Part shown: in pieces, positions 58,921-64,000 of the stretch
Layout of the letters: the number at the start of each line of letters is the position of its first letter
How positions within the stretch are numbered: the first letter of the stretch is position 1
Source: an uncultured cyanobacterium
GTDB taxonomy: Bacteria > Cyanobacteriota > Cyanobacteriia > Cyanobacteriales > Cyanobacteriaceae
Direction: 5' to 3'
NCBI GenBank assembly: GCA_963749915.1
Contig: CAVVOP010000021.1
Span: 512,001-576,000 of the forward strand
Length of the DNA: 64,000 bases
Position numbers and translations under genes: made by a program
Notes under the pieces: model-generated
What the model saw: only the letters and a program-made list of their open reading frames with translations
Database searches by the model: none
Told to the model about the DNA's origin: nothing

Positions 58921-60102
58921 TTAATAACCTATTCCCGCCCTTTCCCAACGTTTTAAAGCTTCCCCAAGGCGATGGCAATCAGCAATTAAACTCAGGCGCA
59001 CATAACCTTCTCCTCCTTCTCCAAAGGCATTCCCAGGAGTTACTACCACCCCTGTGTTTTGTAATAAATTTAGGGCGAAATCTGTGGAGTTGGAATTGCG
59101 AGGAACATTTACCCATAAATACATGGTAGCCTTGGAGGGTTTGATCTTCCAACCTAACTTACTTAAACCATCAATCACAAAATCTCGCCGTTCCTGATAC
59201 CTTTGTTGTACTTCATGAATATAAGTATCAGGTAATTGTAAAGCCGTTTCGGCGGCGGCCTGAATTACACTAAAAATCCCATAATCAAGGTTAGTTTTTA
59301 GAGTGCGTAACCCTTGAATAATATCACTATTCCCTACCACAAAACCCACTCGCCAACCTGCCATATTATAGGTTTTTGACAGAGTATGAAATTCCACTCC
59401 AATATCTTTTGCCCCCGGAATTTGTAACAAACTAGTAGGTTTATAACTTTCAAAAGCTAATTCTGCGTAGGCTAAGTCATGAACTAACATGATCTCGTAG
59501 TGTTTTGCCCATGATACGACTTCTTCAAAAAAGCTACGAGGAGCAGTGGCACTGGTAGGATTATTAGGATAATTAAAGTAGAGAATTTTGGCTTTTTGGG
59601 CAATGTCTTCGGGAATTTGGCTTAAATCTAACACCCAATCTTTCTCTGCTTTTAAATGAGGTGCATAAATATTGGCCCCAGCAATGGCGGGTCCTCGATA
59701 GTGGGCAGGGTAGGATGGACTGGGTACAATAACAGTATCTCCTGGATTAACATAGGCTAAAGCTAGATGAGATAAGCCTTCTTTTGAGCCTAACAATGGC
59801 AACGCTTCACTATCGGCACTCAAATCCACATGGTAACGTCTATGATACCAATTAGCGATCCCTTGACGAAAATCCGCCGTCCCTTCGAAAGGTGGATAAC
59901 CGTGGTATTTAGTCACATTTAAAGCCTTTTTTGCCGCCTTAATAACCGGTTCGGGAGTTGCGCCATCAGGGTTGCCCATACCTAAATCAATCAAATCTAA
60001 ACCTTGTTCTCTGGCTTTGACTTTTAATTCATCTAAACGGGCAAAAACGTAGGGCGGCAAGGCACTTAAACGATCAGCACGATTAATCCAACTGGTTTTC
60101 AT
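58921..60102 (-). CDS. Class I PLP-dependent aminotransferase (aspartate / LL-DAP aminotransferase-like)
   Basis: LGMGNPD, GSKEG, NYPNNPT, HDLAY, SKTYNMAGWRVG. Confidence 0.9.
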   Translation of the reverse strand: MKTSWINRADRLSALPPYVFARLDELKVKAREQGLDLIDLGMGNPDGATPEPVIKAAKKALNVTKYHGYPPFEGTADFRQGIANWYHRRYHVDLSADSEALPLLGSKEGLSHLALAYVNPGDTVIVPSPSYPAHYRGPAIAGANIYAPHLKAEKDWVLDLSQIPEDIAQKAKILYFNYPNNPTSATAPRSFFEEVVSWAKHYEIMLVHDLAYAELAFESYKPTSLLQIPGAKDIGVEFHTLSKTYNMAGWRVGFVVGNSDIIQGLRTLKTNLDYGIFSVIQAAAETALQLPDTYIHEVQQRYQERRDFVIDGLSKLGWKIKPSKATMYLWVNVPRNSNSTDFALNLLQNTGVVVTPGNAFGEGGEGYVRLSLIADCHRLGEALKRWERAGIGY

Positions 60103-60246
60103 GGGTAATATTTTATCTCTAAAGCATCCAAAAAAAAAGTTAACGTCGCCCAAATATATCAATCTTGAGGATCAAATTTAAGTAACGATTTCTGAAAGGA
60201 CTAACCCCTAACATAACCATTCATTATTACACTAATTGCCATTTAT

Positions 60247-61200
60247 TTAAGTACTAGCGATCCCAAATAAAATAACAATACCAAAAGCGAGACGATACCA
60301 CACAAAAATCCAAGTATCTCGTTTTTGTAAGAAACGAATTAACCAGGCGATGGCAAGATAAGAGAAAATCCATGAGGAGATTAAACCGACGGTAAGGGGA
60401 ATAGTAGAAGAAACCTTTAAACCTTGATCAAAAACATCTTTTAATTCTACTAAACCCGCTAAAGTAATGGCAGGAATACCCAGTAAAAAAGAAAAACGGG
60501 CGGCAGTTGCCCTTTCTAAATTCATAAATAAACCCGCCGTAATCGTTGAGCCTGAGCGAGAAACTCCGGGTATTAAGGCTAAGGATTGAGCTAAGCCCAT
60601 TAAAATTCCGTCTTTTGTTGATAATTGGTCAAAATCGCGTTTATGATTACTAATTTTTTCTGCTATACCCAATAAAATCGCCATAAAAATAGAAGCGATC
60701 GCAATAGTTGTTAAACTTCGAAAAGGGGAATTATCTAAATCTGGCACGAAAATTTTCAATTCTAAACCGAATATAACAATGGGAATTGTACCGATAATGA
60801 TACCTAAACCAATCTTAAACTCTTGAGCCTGATAATTTTTCGTTTTAACTGCTTTAATAATGCCAGTGCCTAAATCCATTAAATCTTGTCGGAAATACCA
60901 TAATACCGCCAGAATGCTTCCTAATTGAATAATAGCGGTAAAAGTTACACCAGGATCACCCCAACCTAAAGCTACAGGTATAACCTTAAGATGTGCAGTG
61001 CTACTAATAGGTATAAACTCTGTTAGGCCTTGTATCAAACCGAGAATAAAGGCTCGAAAAATATCAACACCAACGGAAGAGGTATTGGTAATAGTATTTT
61101 CATTTTGGGCTAACACAAGGGGTTGAAAAAAGAAAGCTAACAACAATCCCCCCATGACGCCAGAAATTGAGGTATAAACTGGTAATTTAGATTTAGACAT
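60247..61200 (-). CDS. uppP: Undecaprenyl-diphosphate phosphatase
   Basis: QGLTEFIPISSTAHL, IQLGS, PGVSRSGST, AARFSFLL. Confidence 0.95.
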   Translation of the reverse strand: MSKSKLPVYTSISGVMGGLLLAFFFQPLVLAQNENTITNTSSVGVDIFRAFILGLIQGLTEFIPISSTAHLKVIPVALGWGDPGVTFTAIIQLGSILAVLWYFRQDLMDLGTGIIKAVKTKNYQAQEFKIGLGIIIGTIPIVIFGLELKIFVPDLDNSPFRSLTTIAIASIFMAILLGIAEKISNHKRDFDQLSTKDGILMGLAQSLALIPGVSRSGSTITAGLFMNLERATAARFSFLLGIPAITLAGLVELKDVFDQGLKVSSTIPLTVGLISSWIFSYLAIAWLIRFLQKRDTWIFVWYRLAFGIVILFGIAST

Positions 61201-61235
61201 TCATCAAAGTGATAATTACAGCAACGAGTTTTAGA

Positions 61236-62351
61236 TTATATCTCTTTTTGAACTTCTGCCACCTTTTCTAATTTTCCTTGTTGTTGATAGATATTTTTTG
61301 CTTTTTCTAACATTTCTTGGGCTTCGGGACCTCTACCTCTTTCTTTCAACAATAAGCCTAAACGATGATAACCATAAGGATTTTGTGGTGCTAATTCAAT
61401 AAAACGACGATAGGCAACAATGGCTCGAAAATGATCTTGTTTTTGTTCTAAAATTCTAGCAATACCCCCATAGGCCTGAATGGATTTATTATCTAATCCC
61501 GAGACTTTCTCATAGGTTTTGAGGGCGTTATCCCAATCTTTTTGTTGCTCATACACCATAGCCATTTTTAAGATAACTTTAGGATTATTAGGATCTGATG
61601 CTTCTAAAATCATTAATTGTTCTAATCCTTCTGCAGATTTTTGTTCTTTAAAATAGGCTGTCGCCAATTTTAATCTTAAATCATTATTATTGGGAAATTT
61701 AGCGATCGCCTCTTCTAAAAAAGCAATGGCTTGAGCATTTTTACCTTGTTGATACAGTGCCGTAGCCATCATATCGTAGGCAGTTTCGTTTTCACTATCT
61801 AAAGCAATCACTTGTTGATAATAACTTTCTATTTGTGCGTACTCACCATTTCTGAGTAATAAAACTCCTAAAGCGATTAAATTATCAGGGTTTCTAGGTT
61901 GTAGGGCCATGGCCCTTTGATAGGCGTCAATAGCGTTAGAATTATCACCAATTTGAGCAAAAGTATAACCTAAAGCCGTGTAAAAATCACTATTATCGGG
62001 GGCGAGAGAAACTGCCTGTTGATAGGCATTCGCAGCAGCTTGATAATCTCCAAGGGAAGCGTAAAGATAACCCATACTAGAAAATATTTTCGCATTATCA
62101 CCATCTAACGTAGCGGCTTGACGATAGATTGATAGTGCATTATTTAAGTCTCCCGTTGTAACATACTCTTTACCTTGTTGGAGTAAATTATATAATTCTT
62201 GTCGTTGTTGAGAATTTAATCTTGTAGCAATAGTCGTAATATTTTGAGCCTGTGCGGCAAAATCTAAAGGAATTGGCCCGATACCTCCTAAAAGTAAAAA
62301 GACAATTATTTGAGGGATAATTTGTTTATACACTCGGTTTTTAACCTCCAT
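61236..62351 (-). CDS. Exported tetratricopeptide repeat protein
   Basis: Signal peptide and multiple TPR units (A...Y.QA..L.P.N). Confidence 0.88.
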   Translation of the reverse strand: MEVKNRVYKQIIPQIIVFLLLGGIGPIPLDFAAQAQNITTIATRLNSQQRQELYNLLQQGKEYVTTGDLNNALSIYRQAATLDGDNAKIFSSMGYLYASLGDYQAAANAYQQAVSLAPDNSDFYTALGYTFAQIGDNSNAIDAYQRAMALQPRNPDNLIALGVLLLRNGEYAQIESYYQQVIALDSENETAYDMMATALYQQGKNAQAIAFLEEAIAKFPNNNDLRLKLATAYFKEQKSAEGLEQLMILEASDPNNPKVILKMAMVYEQQKDWDNALKTYEKVSGLDNKSIQAYGGIARILEQKQDHFRAIVAYRRFIELAPQNPYGYHRLGLLLKERGRGPEAQEMLEKAKNIYQQQGKLEKVAEVQKEI

Positions 62352-62753
62352 TAAACTTAAAGAATCTTAATATTAGCATGAAAAAAAAGCAATGGGCAAT
62401 CAAACTAAATTTTCTACCGGGGTAAACACATCTAAAATAACGTGATTTCAATGAAAGAAAAAATGACAAAGCCTTTAACTCTGAAGATTTATTGGCAATC
62501 TTATTAACGAAATCTTTGCAAAATAGGAATTTAGATAAGGGAAAACCACGGAATCTCGTGGTGAATTGTAGAAAATATTTGATAACGATCAAACATCAGA
62601 TTCAAAGTAAATACCATGTTATTTAAGGCTAATTTTTGTTCTCTCGTTCTACCACTCAAATTCTAAGTTCATAATCTATTTTTGCCACTATTAATTATTA
62701 ACTACCAGTGCTATCTTATATTTAGCAAAGGTATTATTATTCATCAGAAATTT

Positions 62754-63140
62754 ATGCAGTTAAGCAGTCAAGAAATTAGTTATTATCGAGATCAATTAAC
62801 AGAATGTGAATCGGCGATGATGGCGTTGGATATGATTGAAGATGCGGAGGGAGATTTAGAAGATGGTGCGACTTCCATCGCTTTAGCCATTGGGCAAACT
62901 CCTGATAGGGTAGACTGGTTAGACGGTTGGGCGAAACGTTGTCGAGTAGCTATTTGTGAGGAAAATTTACGATCTGATCTACAAGACAGTTATATTGAAA
63001 ACGCCGTTAACTATTTATTGGAGAAAAAAATTTGTCCTCCTTTATTGGTGGTTCCTGTTATTATTTATGTACTTAAACAAGGAATTAATCAATTTTGTGA
63101 ACCACTTTCTTATCAATTACCAATTAGCATAGGGGAATAA
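62754..63140 (+). CDS. Conserved hypothetical protein
   Basis: ALDMIEDAEGDLEDGA, KRCRVAIC, PVIIYVLKQG...FC.PL. Confidence 0.75.
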   Translation: MQLSSQEISYYRDQLTECESAMMALDMIEDAEGDLEDGATSIALAIGQTPDRVDWLDGWAKRCRVAICEENLRSDLQDSYIENAVNYLLEKKICPPLLVVPVIIYVLKQGINQFCEPLSYQLPISIGE

Positions 63141-63232
63141 TAATATTCTGATCTTACACATTAGGGACACATTAGGGATTATTTTTTCCCATTGCTCAGT
63201 GTGTGGTTTAAACTAACTATTAATTATTGAAA

Positions 63233-64000
63233 ATGACTAAATCTAAACAACTTCAGGCAACAGCAAAACACAGCGATATTTTAAATTTACAAGTTGCTCC
63301 TGCTAATATTATTAAGGGGGAAAATTGTTTAATCAATAGTGGAAAATTTATAGCTAATTTTGGCAAACTTCCTCTGATTGTTGGTGGGGAAAAAACCTTA
63401 AAATTCATCGAGAATTATCTTAATCCTATTTGTAGAGAATTTAATTTAACCCCCTCTTATCAAAGTTATACCCCAGATTGTTCGGAAAGTTCCTTAAAAA
63501 AATTAGAAAAAGCAGCTACATCCCATCAAGCTGATTTTATTATCGGTGTAGGCGGTGGTAAAGGCCTAGATACGGCGAAATTGTTAGGTTATAACTGCCA
63601 TTTACCTGTGATCACTATACCCACTTCTGGGGCAACTTGTGCCGCATGGACTGCCTTGAGTAATATTTATTCAGAATCAGGTGCTTTCCAATATGATGTC
63701 AGTCTCCGCAATTGTCCAAATCTACTAATCCTCGACTATAATTTAATTTCTACTGCCCCTACTTATACTTTAGTGGCTGGTATTGGAGATGCCATCGCCA
63801 AATGGTACGAAGCCTCTATCAGTAGCGGTGATTCGAGTGCCACCTTAACCATCGCCGCCGTGCAACAGGCTAGGGTATTAAGAGACATTTTACTACAAAA
63901 ATCCGAGATCGCCTTAAAAAATCCTCTCGGTGAAGAATGGAAAGAAGTGGTTGACGCAACGGTATTATTAGCAGGAGTTAGCGGTGGATTAGGCGGTGCA
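63233..64000 (+). CDS. Glycerol dehydrogenase-like / iron-containing alcohol dehydrogenase family protein, runs off the right edge
   Basis: Hand translation MTKSKQLQ...IIGVGGGKGLDTAK...IPTSGATCAAWTALSNIY...AGIGDAIAKWYEA; absent from the ORF track. Confidence 0.88.
   Translation, partial: MTKSKQLQATAKHSDILNLQVAPANIIKGENCLINSGKFIANFGKLPLIVGGEKTLKFIENYLNPICREFNLTPSYQSYTPDCSESSLKKLEKAATSHQADFIIGVGGGKGLDTAKLLGYNCHLPVITIPTSGATCAAWTALSNIYSESGAFQYDVSLRNCPNLLILDYNLISTAPTYTLVAGIGDAIAKWYEASISSGDSSATLTIAAVQQARVLRDILLQKSEIALKNPLGEEWKEVVDATVLLAGVSGGLGGA

Larger units (their letters stand above)
4181..61709. repeat. Dispersed HIP1 octamer GCGATCGC
   Basis: Seen by eye at or near 4181, 4737, 9816, 21513, 23795, 27725, 34479, 39508, 45864, 54793, 54801, 55740, 60695, 61702 and others; not counted exhaustively. 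Confidence 0.9.

Noticed and set aside
60061..60071. GGCACTTAAAC match to the 52712 MITE end
   Set aside because: Lies within conserved aminotransferase coding sequence (DRLSALPP); probably chance.
62341..62592. 83-aa minus-strand ORF upstream of the TPR gene
   Set aside because: Phe/Lys-rich translation of AT-rich divergent promoter DNA with no motif; probably spurious.

Overview
AT-rich chromosomal window from a unicellular cyanobacterium. Evidence: psbK, ccmK3/K4, ocp/frp, many HIP1 GCGATCGC octamers and heptamer tandem repeats. A Geminocystis/Cyanobacterium-like origin is an inference only. It is mostly core genome: ilvB, ilvN, thrC, gpmI, secG, lpxC, dacB, recR, nadB, pyk, panB, dapA, rnj, cysS, dusB, ctaA/ctaB, cimA, tsaE, uppP and tRNA-fMet, plus a wza-wzc pair and a crtW<>ocp-frp photoprotection cluster. 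The ORF track missed psbK, a truncated CBS-GAF(DXCF cyanobacteriochrome)-GAF-PAS sensor at the left edge and a truncated glycerol-dehydrogenase-like gene at the right edge. Intergenic DNA holds several families of small inverted-repeat elements and one doubly deleted IS5-family remnant. I found no CRISPR array, prophage, defence island or clearly new multi-gene system. The best leads are: (i) an orphan TnpB omegaRNA-like IS200/IS605 right end, with a promoter-like box, in front of gpmI; (ii) an Hfq/Sm-like small protein upstream of RNase D; (iii) a Wzc whose Walker A Lys is replaced by Thr but whose Tyr cluster is intact; (iv) a probable ATT start for recR; (v) a MITE supplying the C-terminus of PhhB; (vi) a stand-alone protein with four MshEN-like repeats. 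All family assignments come from motif recognition by eye, not from database searches.
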